From contig NC_087472.1 in NCBI RefSeq assembly GCF_036321535.1, positions 99,450,001 to 99,514,000 on the forward strand: a DNA stretch of 64,000 nt. Reading direction: 5' to 3'. The DNA is from Camelus dromedarius. Taxonomy: Eukaryota. The stretch's first letter is position 1. Every line of letters starts with the position of its first letter. Positions 12,560 to 26,484 of this stretch are shown here, one piece after another. The notes under the pieces are model-generated. The model saw only the letters and a list, made by a program, of their open reading frames with translations. It did not search any database and was not told the DNA's origin. Both the position numbers and the translations under genes were made by a program.

Positions 12560-13630
12560 TTCAGACTTCCTTCATCTCACTTCTCTTGCAAACCACTTTC
12601 CGTGGTCACCTCTGGCCTCTCGCTTTGAATCTCATTGGCTCCTCAAGTCCTCAACTTAGTCATTTGATAAATGTTATTGTTTCCTTCTTGAAACACTCTT
12701 CTTCCTTCTGGGGACCCCCCTCCCCCACTGCATACACACACACTCTTCTAGTACATCCCCTGTTTTCCTGGGTGCTTTCTCTGCACCTGACAACCAGAGC
12801 AGCTAGTTCACTCTTCCTTGGATGCCCACAGTTGTTCCTGATCACCAGCCTAGACTTTGAGAAGAAACCAGGAATGGTAAGTGGATTTTTTGGCAACAGC
12901 TCCCTGAAGCCATGTGTTGAGCAGAATTCTGAGGCCCTATGTTCAATTAGCTATGTGTGCCACGGGGAATTGACGTGGCAGTGGCAGCCCGAGTTCAGAC
13001 ATTAATCATCTCTGCTTGTAGATCTTCCTCAAGTTTCCATTTTACATGATCTCCATTGACAATCTCACCTACTCCCAAGGCATTAACTATCATTTCTATA
13101 TAGACATCACCTAAATATATATTTCTATTCATGACCTCTATCAGGAGTCCCAAACCCCGTATTTCCAACACTTTGAAAGATCTATTAGCCTTGATATTTA
13201 TTTTCTAATTACAACATCTTTCACTTGCATTCTCCATGTCACATGATGGCTTTACCATCTTTCAAGACACCTAGGCTCAAAACTTTGGCAGCATCTTCAC
13301 TTCTTTAATATTTCCTCATCATTTTCTCCTATCATTTAGCATGGTGTGCAACAAATCGTGTGAGAATTAGCCATTTACTCTGCTCCATCTTGCCCCCTCA
13401 ACTTCCAAAACTGTTTCCTGTACAAAGTAGACTTGGAGTAAGGCTGTATTATGTATTTACATATATATAAAGTTTGTGCATATGTATATATGTTTAATGC
13501 ATATATATGGATATATAGGTTTGTTTTGCTCCTTCTCCGTAACTCTTCCACCCTCCCCACCCCACATCTCTAATCAGTCACCAAGCTCTGTCCACTCAGT
13601 TGCTCCACAAAGACATCCACATATGCCAGC
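12560..13630 (+). mobile_element. Decayed L2 fragments with an AT-rich simple repeat at about 13450-13520
   Basis: tccttcttgaaacactcttcttcc; aatctcacctactcccaaggcattaactatcattt; ggctcaaaactttggcagcatctt. Confidence 0.65.
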
Positions 13631-13651
13631 TCCACCTCTAGCCTCATTATT

Positions 13652-14100
13652 TGCCACAGGAATGGTCCCCTGGAAAATAGACTCTGAGGTAGAGAGATGA
13701 GGGCAGGAAGTTTATTAGGAACAACCCCTGTGGAGCAAAGAGGTTAGCAGGACTGGGGAGAAGGAGAAGTTGGGCTGAAATACAGTCACAATAAAAGTCT
13801 CAACTTTTAGGGAGCTCTAGAACTGGGATGGCCTTTCAGAGATTTTCCAAACTGGAGACAATGTCTGGGCCTTTATGAATTGCCCCCCACCACACACACC
13901 ATTGATGATCAGTCATCGGATGTAAGCCATCAAAGAGAAAGATCATGATTTGGGACTGGGGAGCTCTCCTCAGGTGAGCGCAAGGCCCAAAAGGAGACTC
14001 AGCTGAGATCCATCAGCCATGAGCACATCCTGCAGCTGGGCTAGCCAATGCATCAGTCCTGAAGTGGGGATCTTGGAAGCCCACCGCATCATCCCCTAGA
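13652..14100 (-). mobile_element. ERVL LTR16A-like solo LTR
   Basis: ggaaaatagactctgaggtagaga..aggaagtttattaggga..gaaggagaagttgggctg. Confidence 0.72.
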
Positions 14101-14354
14101 CTGCTGGCTTCCTCATTCGCGCCAGGATGACTTCTGAACCACACTACTGCAGGCATTGCTAAGTAGTTTCATTGCCCCCAACCTCTTTTTTTTCAATCCA
14201 TCATTGCCCTGCCACCCAGGTTAATAATCACAAGCCAACCTGATATGGTCATGAGTCAAGAATCAAGATATATGTTCAAGAGTCAACATAGCTTACTTCA
14301 TAGTATGTACAAATTCATATGTTTGCACATATAGACATAGAAAAGTATCTGTGG

Positions 14355-14575
14355 GAAAATCCATAGATTTTTGCCAAGGATTAGGGAGAAGGAGGAATGA
14401 GAAGTGACTGCTAATGAGTATGGGAGTTTCTTTTTGGGGTGAAGAAAATATTCTGGAATTAGACAGTGGTGATGGTCGCATAATCCCTTGTGAATACACT
14501 AACATGCACTGAATTGTACACTTTTAAATGGTAAATTTGATGGTATGTGAATTATATGTCACTTTTTAAAAAAGG
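14355..14575 (+). mobile_element. L1MB-type 3' end
   Basis: gactgctaatgagtatgggagtttctttttggggtgaagaaaatattctggaattaga. Confidence 0.85.
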
Positions 14576-14739
14576 ATTTCAGAGATGACATCTGAAAGGG
14601 ATAGCAGTGATGATACCAGGTTTGTGTCCTTTGTGTTGGACTGCCTTTTCAGAGTTTTCTGTAAGTGAACATATTTTTTAATGCTAATTCAGAGAGGATA
14701 ACAATTCTCCCTTCAAAGTAACTCAACTGCTTTAAAACC

Positions 14740-16250
14740 TTTGAAACGTCATTCCTACAGGACAAGTAAAGGCCAAACTCCTTGCAAAGTAGTCCAGGCC
14801 CTTTGAGACCAAGCCCCAGCCTGCTTTGACAGACACTCATCTCTCCCTCCCCCAGGACTCTCCTCTCCTGACTTGAGCCACTTCAAGTTCCTCCATTTCC
14901 CGAACATGTCGTGTCCTGGGCTTCCTGTCCCAGAGTCTTTGTTCCCTGCCACTCACCACCCACCCCCTTCTTTGTCTCCTTTCCCACCCAGTCCTACCTG
15001 CAGAAATATGTCCAGGGCCAGATCAAATCTCACTTCCCCAAAGCTACAAGTGAAATGACTCTCGCTCTGCTACCACTTTGGCATTTGTTTTTACAGCATT
15101 TATTACAGGCTGCCATTTTATGTAATCATGTTTCTCGTTAGGCCAATTCACCTTTGATTTCTCTATACAGCACGTGGAATAGATATTGAATACAACTTTA
15201 CTTCATTTTTGGTTTAAATTTTTAATGCCAATCCACATTTATTCACTTGCCCAGTAAAGAAGTACTTACTGACAGCATACTATATGTCAGAGAGTAGTGC
15301 CTAAGTCACAAAATGTCCTTGCTCTCGTGGAACTTACTTTTTATTTTTATTTATGTATGATATACATAGAGTGTGCCCCATCTTAAATATACAGTTCAAT
15401 GACCTTTACATATGTAGGTATCCATGTAATCACCTCCCACATCAAGATACAGAGTATTTCCAGCACCTCAGGATCCCTCCCAGTCAATATCCTTCTGCCA
15501 AGAGTAACCACTATTCTCACTCCTGCCACCATAGATTAGTTTTGTCTGTTTATGAATGTCGTAGAAATGGAATCATATAATATGTTCTTTTTTGTGTCTG
15601 GCTTCTCTTTTTTTCATCATAATTTCTATGAAATTCATCCATGTCCTGTGTGTAACAGCAGTTCATCCTTTATATTGCTGTGTAGTATTCCACTGTAGAA
15701 TAGTCCATTGAATATTTCACAATTTATTTATCCATTCTCCTGTATCCATTTATCCATTTATCCAAATGTCCATTTGGTTTGGTCCAAGTTTTTGGCTATA
15801 ATGAATAAAGCTGTAATAAACATTCTTGTATATGGCTCTCAATGGACATAAGCCCTCATTCCCCTTGGGTATACACCTACAAATGAAATTACTAGGTCTT
15901 AGGTGGCTTTAGTACATATTACCCAGCAACTTTTCCAAATGTCTTGTGCCAATTTGCACTCTTGCCAAAAACATGTGAAAGCAAACGAAGAAGAAAAACA
16001 TCTGAAAGTGAAAAAAAGTGACTGACATCGAGAATTAAGATCAGATGATAAAGCTGCATTAGCTTCAGTGGCCAGGCAAGGCTTCTCTGACAAGGTGAAA
16101 TTTAGCCTGAGACCTAAGTGACAAGGAGTCTGTCATGCACATGCCAGGGGAGGAATAGTTCATGCAGAGAGAACAGCAACTGCAAAGGCCCTTGGGCGAG
16201 AAGAAGAACAGAAAGGAGGCTAGTGATCTTGGAGTGAGTGGGGAAGTGAG
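14740..16250. mobile_element. L2 fragments with an antisense old L1 (L1ME/MB-type) 3' piece at about 15340-15970
   Basis: L2 motifs at 14750-15200, 15240-15335 and 16040-16250; L1 motifs aatggaatcatataatatgttc and attgctgtgtagtattccactg. Confidence 0.72.
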
Positions 16251-16642
16251 ATATGGAAGGGAAGGGAAAGGAGGGCAGCAGACAAAGGGTGTGTTGTTAA
16301 GCCAGCTGCCACAATCGGTGACTGGAGCTTAATTCTGTGGGCAAGTGATGGGAAAGGTCTAAGATACAGGCTTCAAAATTATCCCCCTCAAGAGCTGAGA
16401 GAGCTGAGAGAGCTGGGGTATTTATGTACCAACTGCCATAGTCATTGGTTGAGGATTGCTGCTGGCATGGGGGGGGGGGGGTGTGATGTTAATTTCACAG
16501 TGCTTCTGGCCTGTAAGGTGACCTTCCACAATTCTGGAAAAAAGCCCTCAGGTACAGGGATGCAGATACTGGCAGCTAGAAATGGTCCAGAGCCCATTAA
16601 ACTGGACAGTTTCAGGGCAGAGGTGTATTGACAGCATTGCTA
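16250..16642 (-). mobile_element. LTR16-type LTR fragment
   Basis: ggtgactggagcttaattctgtggg, agctggggtatttatgtaccaact, aaagccctcagg; homologous to 4026-4479. Confidence 0.72.
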
Positions 16643-17147
16643 GCTTTTCTTATGTTAATTTTGCCTATTTTCTATTTCAATACTTAGTCACATCTACACA
16701 CATCAAATATGTGTATTCCCTTCCGTAACTGAGATTCAGTATCTTCCTCTTTATCTAGGCTTCTAACTTCATCATCTTGTCACTGTTCTCCTTGGCCCTT
16801 GGCCCCACAGCCAACTTCTTGATTTCACCCTTCTCTATCACCTTAAATATCATCAGCCATTTGACCAATTTCATTCCCATGGCCAGCCTCTCTGAAGCAG
16901 ACCTGTCATTTACTTTTGCTTTTCCTGGGCTCCTATTTATTAGGTCTTCCTCCTGGCATGGTGTCTTGCCAGCAATAGACTCGGTATATGCATGCAGAAT
17001 GACTATTGGAGGGGGATCCGTAACTCTGCTGATTTGGAAAGATTTCACATTTGTGTTAAATCTCAGTTTGATTCTTGCTACTCCCTGCAATCCTCCCAAT
17101 CCTTGGGTACCTCCTGGATGTTTTCCTGACAACTAAAGTCTCACTTT

Positions 17148-17652
17148 CTGTATCAGTTACCAGTTGCTGCATAACGCTATGTAACAAAACACCCCAAGAC
17201 TCAAGAGCTTTAAACAATAAGCATTTATTTAGTTCACAAACCTGTAGGTTGGCAGTTTAGACTGGGCAGTGCTTTTTATCTCACCTGTTCTTATTTAGAG
17301 GTCTTGGAGTCAGCTGCAGCTCAGCAGATCTAGGATAACCTCCACTGCGTTGACTGGTGCAGCTCGGCTCTGTTCCCATGTCACATTTTCCAGCAGGATA
17401 ATTGGGGCACATTCTCATAGCAAACACAGAAGAGCAAGCAAATGAAAACACTCATGGTCTCTCGAGGCCTAGACTTGGAACTGACATAGCATCACTTCTA
17501 CCACATTGTGTTTGCTAAAAGTTACAAGGCCAACCCAGATTCAAGGGGAGGGAAAATAGACTCTGACTTCAGTGAAAGAAATTCCAAGGTCTGGTGGTAA
17601 AGGATGTGGCTATAGGAAGAGGTGAAGAATCAAGGTCGTTAATGCAACCTGC
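17148..17652 (-). mobile_element. MLT1 (MLT1H-like) LTR
   Basis: tgtatcagttaccagttgctgcataac..aaacaataagcatttatt..aaggccaacccagattcaagggg. Confidence 0.8.
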
Positions 17653-18524
17653 TGTGCTTTACCACCTGCCTTCCGACTTAGAAGGTTGAGTGTATACTCC
17701 TTTCCCTTTGTAGCTCCAAGTTTCTGTGTCTTAAGACATCCCAATAAATAAAACAGCAGTGCTTTTTTGGTTTGAGTTACTGGATAGTGCTTCAGTTCTC
17801 CATTTCTACGTATGTAGACATCAAAGAAGGAACTATGGAAAGTATGATTCCGGTCATAAATATTCTGCCAGATTTGAACAGGATTGCCAGTCACCAACTA
17901 AAGACTGATCTTGAACAGAAGTTTGATTAAATCATGCCCAAGAGTGTTTATTTTCCTTTGGATTGGAGAGACGGAGGCTCTTCTTGCATCTGATGTCCTT
18001 GTTGGAAGAACGGCAGTGCAAGGAGGTGCTTAAATTATGTGTCATTTATGAAGGAGAACAAAGGAGCTGCCACTATCACAGCCGTTGCCATGGCCTTATC
18101 ATATTAAATCAGGATAGAGGAGGGTACCAAGCCGGCTTTTCAAACAGGGTGTCTCCTCATGAGACATCTCTGCCATTGACATCAGCAGCAGCACCAAGTA
18201 CAGAGTGTCCACTGGAGAGAACGTACGAAACATTTAAGATGACAATGATCCTGTGAATCAAACAGCCCTGCTGTGCCCTGCTCAACACTATTTCTGTCCT
18301 GTGCGAGGTGTGTGTCCTGCATTTCATTTACCATCTTTAACGCCATTCACCCGCAGCATAGTGTGTGGCTGCAGAAAGGGAGTCCAGTGAGGACCTGGAA
18401 ATCCAGGGCAGTGTGATGGAAGCCTAACAATTAGAAACAGATATAAAGCTGTGGAGAGGGAGAAGGATGGGAAGGCAGCTCATTCCTAATTTCCTGCTTA
18501 GAGCAAAGGGACATCCCAGAACAG

Positions 18525-18910
18525 CGATTAAGAAGCCAGGTTTCTGAGATGGTCTCACATTTGAGTCCAGGCTCTGCCATGGCTCACTGCCTGACCTCAG
18601 GCAAGCCTCTTACCCTCTTAAAGCCTCTGTTTCTTTCCCTGCAAAATGGGACTCCTGTTGAAACAACCTGGAAGTTTTAATGGAGGGGAAACCTCCATAT
18701 GTAAAGCCCTTCCTAAGGTGCCTGGCACAAGCTAAGGGCTCGATCAATATTAACTATACATTTTTTAACTAAAAGGGACCTAGGAGGTCATCCAATTCAA
18801 GCCCCTCATTCAGAAGATGAAAAACAGAGCCACAGAGAAGCTAAAGGAATCCCCCGTGATTACACAGCTAGGGGCACAATCCGGGCTGAGGACCCAGGAC
18901 ATTCTGATTC
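18525..18910. mobile_element. Two MIRs, tail to tail
   Basis: tgacctcaggcaagcctcttaccctct..ctgcaaaatggg (+); cagaagatgaaaacagagccacagagaagctaa (-). Confidence 0.72.
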
Positions 18911-19869
18911 GGGTGCCCCGCCGTATCCCCCACCTGCACACGCCACCGGGACCTGCAGCCCTGCCTACCTCTTCCACCAAGTGGAGCTTCAGTCAGTGGC
19001 TGGGAGTTTCTCCCCTTCCCCTGGATAGCCCACAGCTCAGGCACAGGAGACTCTGAGCGGTATGGAATTTTCTAATGCGGCACGCACCGCCTGCTCACTT
19101 TAATCTGCTGCAAGTGTCTCTGGGAAATAAACTATTGGCAGGTTTGTCCAACAGCTGCTCAGCATAGAGACCACAGCTTATTTTGGTCCATTTATGTTAA
19201 CTCATCTGTCTTAAGCTCTTTGTTAGTGACTCATCGCGTACTGCTACCAAAAATATACACCAAAATCCAAGAATCATTCACATGAAGGGCAAACCTCTTC
19301 CTTAAAATACCACATTTCTGCCGTCTTGTTTTTATGAAGTTTTTCCTTCCTCCCACCTCCACATCACACTTTCTTTTCTCCTTTCTTCCTTCTCCATCTT
19401 TGATCGCCTTTGGTGACATGGAAGCTGCATGATATGATCCAGATGATCCTAGAATGGACATCTGAGGGCCTGGTTCTGGTACGGGCATCCTTTAGCTAGA
19501 AAAACCTAGCATATCACAACCAGTATGAGACTCAATTTCCTTAACTCTAATATGGAAGGGTTGTATCGGCTCTCCAGTCCCCATCAGAGCAATTGTAAAA
19601 AGCTTCCTCATTATTTTTCCCTTCAAGGATTCCAAGCTTTGAAGAATTCTCATCTGCTTGTAAATTGCCTCTTAAAATAAAATTAATATTCCCTGTTTCC
19701 TGTTAATTGCAACTATAAACAACCAAAATAATATATATGAGCATTAATAAACAGCAATAAATAAGATATAAAACATCTTTAAGAGTTAAATTGAACTTAT
19801 TAAGATAGCTGCTGTTTCAAATACCATAGCCAGACTTATCACAGGAAAATATGCCATCTTTGTTAAACT

Positions 19870-20850
19870 TGGTGAAATATTGAAAATGGTTCATATAATA
19901 TGCCATATACTTAAAAATAGACAGATGTGGGAAGATAGACACCAACTTCAGGATGATGCTAATTTCCAGGGAGGAGAAAGGGGAAGGAGAAGGGAAGAGA
20001 ATCTTCAAGTGCATCTGTAATATTTCATTTATTAAGATCTGACACAAATATAGGAAATTTTTAATGTGTTACATCTGAGTAGTAGACACAAGGCTGTCAG
20101 TTATTAATATTATTCATTGTTCTTCCTGTTTGAAATATTTCTAAATTCTCTAAGTTTATCAGCTGAAACTCTTATACATTACTTGTGGGACTGTAAAATG
20201 ATGTAACAGCCTTGGAAAAGCTTGGCAGTTTCCTGAAAAGGGAAATCTACATGTACCGTATGACCCAGCAATTCCCCTCTTATAGGGGATAAGATAAATG
20301 AATACATACATTCACAAAAAGACAGGAGCAAGAATGTCTCTCACAGCTTTATTCATAATAGCCCAAAATAGGAAGCAGCCCAAATGCCCATCAGTACATG
20401 AATGGGTAAACAAATGGTAGTGTGGTCATACAATTGAATGCTTAACAGTAAAAAGGAGAGAATTCCTTTTATTCCATTATGGGGATAAATCTCAAAAAAA
20501 AAAAAAAAAACCCACAAAAAACAGCTGAACGAAAGAAGCCAGATAAGAGGAACACATATTGCATGATTCTATTTGCATGAAGTTCTAAACCAGGCAGAGC
20601 GAATCCATAGTGATAGAAATCAGGACTGTGGTTGCTTTTCGTGGGAGGGAAGTGCCTGGAAAGAGGCAAAGGGAAATTTCTGGGATGAGGGACATACCTT
20701 AAGGAAATAACTGTGTTTGAGGAAATATATTGATTGGGGTGGTAGTTACATGGATGTTTGTATTTGCAAAACAAAACTCTTCAAATTGTACATATAAGAT
20801 CTGTGCATTTTACTGTTTATAAACTTTCCTCAACTTAAAAAAAAAAAAAA
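19870..20850 (+). mobile_element. Old L1 (L1ME-type) 3' fragments
   Basis: tatgacccagcaattcccctct, gctttattcataatagcccaaaa, gcatgattctatttgcatgaagttctaaa, A tail at about 20837. Confidence 0.82.
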
Positions 20851-21084
20851 AACAAAGCGAAAGACCATAAAGTCACATCCTCATGGACTGTCTTCTATGT
20901 ACTATCCTCATGGACTCCCAAAGTTCTAGGGACCTTGGGATCAGAAGCAGCCCTGGATTAGGGACCCCTGCAGTCATTTTCCCCTCTGAATAGTAGAGAA
21001 TTTTGCTTTCTTTACTTCTCTTCCCTCTACTCCCAAATGAAGTCTGTCTTTGAGGTGTCTTTTGAAGGCAATGTGGTACCCTGG

Positions 21085-21315
21085 AAAGAATACCAGCTTT
21101 AGATTTAGCCAGAGCCCTGGGTTTGAGCCTCTGCTCCATGACTCACTGGCTGTGTGACTCTGGGTAAGGAAGTGACCTCCGGGGTTTATTTTCTTAACTG
21201 TACACAGGCGAGTATGAAGCCTACTGCCCGGGGTTATTTGAAAGATTAAATTAGATCACACCAGCAAACGCGTCTTCACACAGCCAGGCTCAGCGCAGAT
21301 GCTCCATACATTCTG
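21085..21315 (+). mobile_element. MIR
   Basis: cctgggtttgagcctctgctccatgactcactggctgtgtgactctggg. Confidence 0.75.
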
Positions 21316-22119
21316 GTTTTCTTTTCTTCCTTCCTTTACTTTTTATAGACCCTCCACAGAATGGAAGTTTCATATCTCTTCCATCATCACAGCTCAAATC
21401 CTGAGGATATAGGGAATAGACTCCTTCTTCCTCCTCAAGCGTGACAAGCAAAATCACCACCCTTAGGTCCTAGAAAAGGGACTGCTGCCCTGAGCCCCAT
21501 GATTTCAAGGGTCTTGCTCTGGCCCTCCCCCAGCCACAGCCTTCCCCACAGTACAGAGTCAGTAGCTCAAGGGGCTGTGCCCATCCAGAGCTGGGTGCCC
21601 CACCTGGACCACATTCTGGGTCCCCAGAATATGCTGCCCAAATGGTCAAGAGTTGGCTTCCAGGGCCAGCAAGGGCCCCTTCCCTGGTTCATCTTCCCAA
21701 AAGCAGACTGTGTTACAAGTGTACACATCCCTAGTTCCAAGGAGCCGTCAGAGGGCAGCTGTTTGGGGCTATGCAGACAGAGATTGGATATGTAGGCAGG
21801 GATGTCCACTCACATTGTGCCAGACCCCTCGTGGTGATGGGAGGATCCTGGGACGAAAAGAGAAAGGGAGATTGACCTCTGGCTGGGACTAGATGCCAGA
21901 GACTGGCTCATTCTGTTCCTGGATAGAATCCCGAGGAGTCCAAGAATTCTAAATCTCAACCTGATCTTGGCCAATGTTGAGGTATGTTGGTCAAGTTTGG
22001 ATGACAAGATATGTTTTCTAACTTTTAATGTCTAGACATAAATTTCAGAGGCCTCCATTTACATTCTTGCCCCGGGCTTCACAAATGTTAGGGACAGGCC
22101 TGGCCAGCATATTCCCCTC

Positions 22120-22490
22120 TCCAGGCCTTCACGCTGGTTGTTCTTATGCCTAGCACCTTCTTCCCCCAAGTACCTGCTTGGCTTCCTCCCTCTTTTCCTT
22201 CGTGTGCTTCCTCCCATCCCCCCCTTCACTTTTCTGACTGTCATGTTTAAAATAGTTCGCCCGCCCTCATGACTCTATGCCTTTGCCATATTTTCTTTTT
22301 CTTACTACGATTTGATATTTTCTTTATTTGTTAAGTGTCTAACTCCTCCATTAGAGTATAAATTCCAAACCATCAAAAATGTTGCTGTCTTATTCACTCC
22401 TGCAGTCATAGTCCCTAAGACAATGCCTGGCACACAAGAAGGGCTTAGCAAGGTATTTTTGAATTAATGCATCAATGAGCTAATGAATGG
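22120..22490 (+). mobile_element. L2 3' end
   Basis: gtcttattcactcctgcagtcatagtccctaagacaatgcctggcacac. Confidence 0.75.
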
Positions 22491-25424
22491 ATTTCAATTC
22501 CCAGGCCTTATTCTCTATTCTAGTCCTAATATTTTACAACGTAAAACCCCAAACAAAACCAAAAAGTACTTTTAAAATAGGCCAACTCACTTGCGTTTCA
22601 GATTTCAGTTTTAATAAGCCTGCTGAACACAACCCTGCGTTCTTCCAGTTCTCTTGCTCTATTTTTACCATTATGTCTGTTCTTATTACACAGACCTCCA
22701 GCCCCTTGACGTCTCCCACTTTGTTTACTTCTATCAACCTTCCCCTGTCTCCCTCTCCTTCCTTATTCTCTCTACAACTCATGGCACATCATTTCAACCA
22801 TCCTTTTGCCAGTATCCTCAAGTATCTTGCCCTTTCACCTGGCAAAACCGTAACTCTGGATCCAATGAGAGAATTTTTCCATTTCTACACTTCACCTACA
22901 TCAGAGGATAATAAATTAACAGGGATAGCGAAATGATCTAAAAATATAGTCATTTCTTTCCTGGCCCAAACTCTTGCCTACCAACTATTGCACATTCTTT
23001 ACATGGCTAAAATTAAATATGCAAGTCTTCCATGGCATTTAATTAGCAATCTGTCAGAAAGCAAATGCTGCTCTACTTTCATTCACAAATTTTAGTTTAA
23101 CTGCATTCCGTACCCTTTTCCAACCCAAGATGGTTGGGTTCAAATCTCTGGCTAAAAAAAAATCTAAGGTAAATGTTACATCACTTTTGAAAAGCTTGAA
23201 ACTCACACAATCAACACAGGTTTTCTTTTTTTTTTTTTTTCCAGCAAGAGTGACGTAGCTTCCTTAGTCCTATTTTACAATCTCCTTATAGAAATTCTAG
23301 GTCTCTTTTCAAAATGAGATCAAAATAAAAGCAGAATACAACATTGCATATATACTATGATTGGTACTATGTCTAAACATATAAATGTGTATGGGCAAAG
23401 AATAGAAGGCCACAAATAGAAATGACAATAGTGGTATTAGGAATTTTGTTTCTTAGTGCTCTTAGATGTTACAATGTTTTTACAGTCAAAATTGAAGATA
23501 GGGTGAGGAGGGAGAAAAAGCAAGTTTACTGAAGAGAGCGTATGATGTCATTACAATATACAAATTTCTTTTGAATTTCAAATCAGCATTGGTTCCATTG
23601 ACACCTCAAAGTGTCCATCTCTCTGACCTTTAATAAACGTCCTAAACAAATCAAGGTGGTCACAGTAGGACAATTATAATCCTGTGGTTTTAATGTCACA
23701 TGCATCCTACTTACTACAAATGTCTTACCAGCCTTTTCTTAAATCCCAGAATACAGAGAGCTATTTTGTATGATCCCAGAGTCTGGATCAAGTTGCAAGA
23801 GAAAACTCACTATAAACCCTCATGAAAAGACAACTATATTTTAAAGATTATAAATAATAAATGTATTACTAAAATTACCTCATAATGTATACATACTGCT
23901 TTTCCAAGGACAGAAGTGAAAGCACAGAGCCCAGACTCAATTCTTGCAGGGGGAAAAATACCTTTAAAGCTGGATTACTTTCTAAACTTAAAGGCAAATA
24001 AGGAAAGGGCCCTACCATTTCCTTTGGGTCCAGGCTCACAAAAAAATTCAGTGTTTCAGTCAACAAATGAGGTGAATAATCCACTTATGATGGCACTAAT
24101 TTCATGAGGTTACTTTCTAATCAGGAGAAAAATAAACCCTAGACATAAATAAATGCATCTTGCTAGTGGCTTCTCCATAAATAACACTGCAAAATAATAA
24201 TTATGTTCATTTCCTTAGGAATACCTTAATTATTATTCACCATTCTTGCATAGAAATATGAGTAAAAACAAAGAAAATTCGCTGGGGGCCATTCCAGCAT
24301 CCCAGTAGGTTCACTTTGGATATGTCTTTCTTGGCAATTCTCCTACTGTTCTTTAAATGTTGTTTTCAAACATACCTGCTTGTTTATCTTAAGGAATCCT
24401 TCGAGAGACAGGATGACTAAAAGGGTACAGTTTAAAATCACTGTGCTTTTTAGTAAAGACTGATGGTAAACTATAAACATTTTAGTTAAATTATCAATCG
24501 AAACAGGCCTCTACTAGCATTCAATTTACTCCAAGAGCCAGTTGTTTATTATTTCACTTATTTATGGTATTCCTTTATTTGCTACCAAAATTCATTACAG
24601 AAATAATGAAGGGAGATTGAAATAAAAAAATGAAGTGCATAGATCATGGAGCAGTATTTGTAGAAGCAGCAGCAACTGAGTGTGCCCCCTCTTTAGCATG
24701 ACACCCTAATCGTTTCTCGGGTGGCTCGCTTACAGCCACGTAAAGCAGTGTTATTAAGTTATTAAGCATGAGCAGGGTGAAGGATAATGGGATAATTCCC
24801 ACTTACCACTTGGTGCTGTTTGAGCTCAAGTCAAGGGACAGCTCTGCTACTAAACGTTTTATTAAGCAACAATAAAGAGTCCTGGGAGATTCTTTTGTAA
24901 CTCTCATTTTAAAATATGAGCCAAAGAAAAAGAACCATTTCTAGCAATACAGAAATCCACGAGCACTTTTTTATCTACATATTTTGCAAATAAAAGGTAA
25001 ATCGCACTCAGGGGAATGAAGCTAGTTCTGGGGGAACATGATGGTGAGTCCTCGATGACCTGCGGTGCGTTCTGAGGGCAGTGGGGCTCGGTGTGGGCTG
25101 ATGTGTTGTTTTGAGGTTCTCGCTACTTTTAGGTTTCTGTATGTGGAGGGCTTAAAAAAAAAAAAAAAAAAGGAGAATAGCCTAAAGTGCTTTTGTCAGG
25201 GTTCACCTGAATTGTTGAATATGTGGAACATCACAGATGAGTTAGGGGTAGAAGAAAGATGAGGGCCACTGGTTTAATAGTTTCAAATGCAATATGATGA
25301 AGTCTCTTAAGCCAGTGTTTCTTAATTTACCAACAAATTTCCTTTAAAGGCACGGGAATATCAACTCTTAAAACTCCACCATCATCCTACCCACTCTAGA
25401 GCCTGGGAGCTTGGTTCAAACCAG

Positions 25425-25880
25425 ACTCAGCATCCTGAACAGGTTACCCCAGAAGCAGACCTGAAGAGTAGGATTTGAGTGGTTTGTTTGGGCAGTCATC
25501 CCAAGAAGCACCAATGGGAGAGTGAGGGAAGTGAGCCAGGAAAGAAGGAAGCCAATCGCGTATTTTAATGAGCAGGTTACCTTTTTGGACAGAGGGCTCA
25601 GTCCCACAGGGGACTTTTGGGAGACAGTATAGAACGCAAGTCAAAGTTTCCTCCCCCTGCCCACTCCACCACCCCTGGCCATGTCAAGGAAGCAGGGGTA
25701 TTTAAATTTCAACTCCCATTCATCATTGACCAAGGAGGGTTCTCAGGTTTGTTAAGTGTTACTCTGACCAAGAGAAAGCCCTCAGGCAGAGAGTCGTTTG
25801 CAATAAGATGCCAGTTGGCTTATACAGGAATGGTGAGTGTTGAGGGGACCTGGGTGTGACCCAAACAGTCAGCCACACTC
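25425..25880 (-). mobile_element. LTR16-type LTR
   Basis: ccccagaagcagacctga..gaaggaagccaat..agagaaagccctcaggcagagagtc. Confidence 0.75.
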
Positions 25881-26114
25881 TGCAAGCATGAAATTTCTCT
25901 CAAGTCTCATAATTCATTATAAAAATTCATGCTAACTTTGCATCTAATTCCATTATAATCTTCAAGTTAAAGTGATGCTCTAGGAATATGAACCATATTT
26001 ATCCTGTGGCTTCAAATATCTGTCTGAAACATGCCTTTAAGAACCTAGGGTTAGCCTACTCCAGTTTTGAGGAAATCGGGAGCAGAAATAATCAGCTTCT
26101 GGCTACATCCATTT

Positions 26115-26484
26115 GGGCAGGGAGGGGTTCAATTATGTCCCCCTCTCCCCAAATTCATGTCGGAGTCCTGCCCCTCAGTACCTCAGAATGTGACCTTATT
26201 TGGGACATAGGGTCTTTACAGAGATAATCAAGGACTGGTGTCCTTATGAAAAGGAGAAATTTCAACACAGACATGCATAGAGGGAAAACAATGTGAAGAA
26301 ACACAGGGAGATGACAGCCATCTACAAGCCTCGGACAGAAGCCTGGAACAGATTCTTTCCCCCACGCCCTTCAGAAGAAATTCTGACTTGATTTTGGACT
26401 TCTAGACTCCAGAACTGTGGGACAGTAAGTTTCAGCCACCCAGTCTGCGGTGCTTTGTTATGGCAGCCCTAGCAAACTGACGCA
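26115..26484 (+). mobile_element. MLT1B-like LTR
   Basis: cagtacctcagaatgtgaccttatttggg ... ctttgttatggcagccctagcaaactgacgca. Confidence 0.85.
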
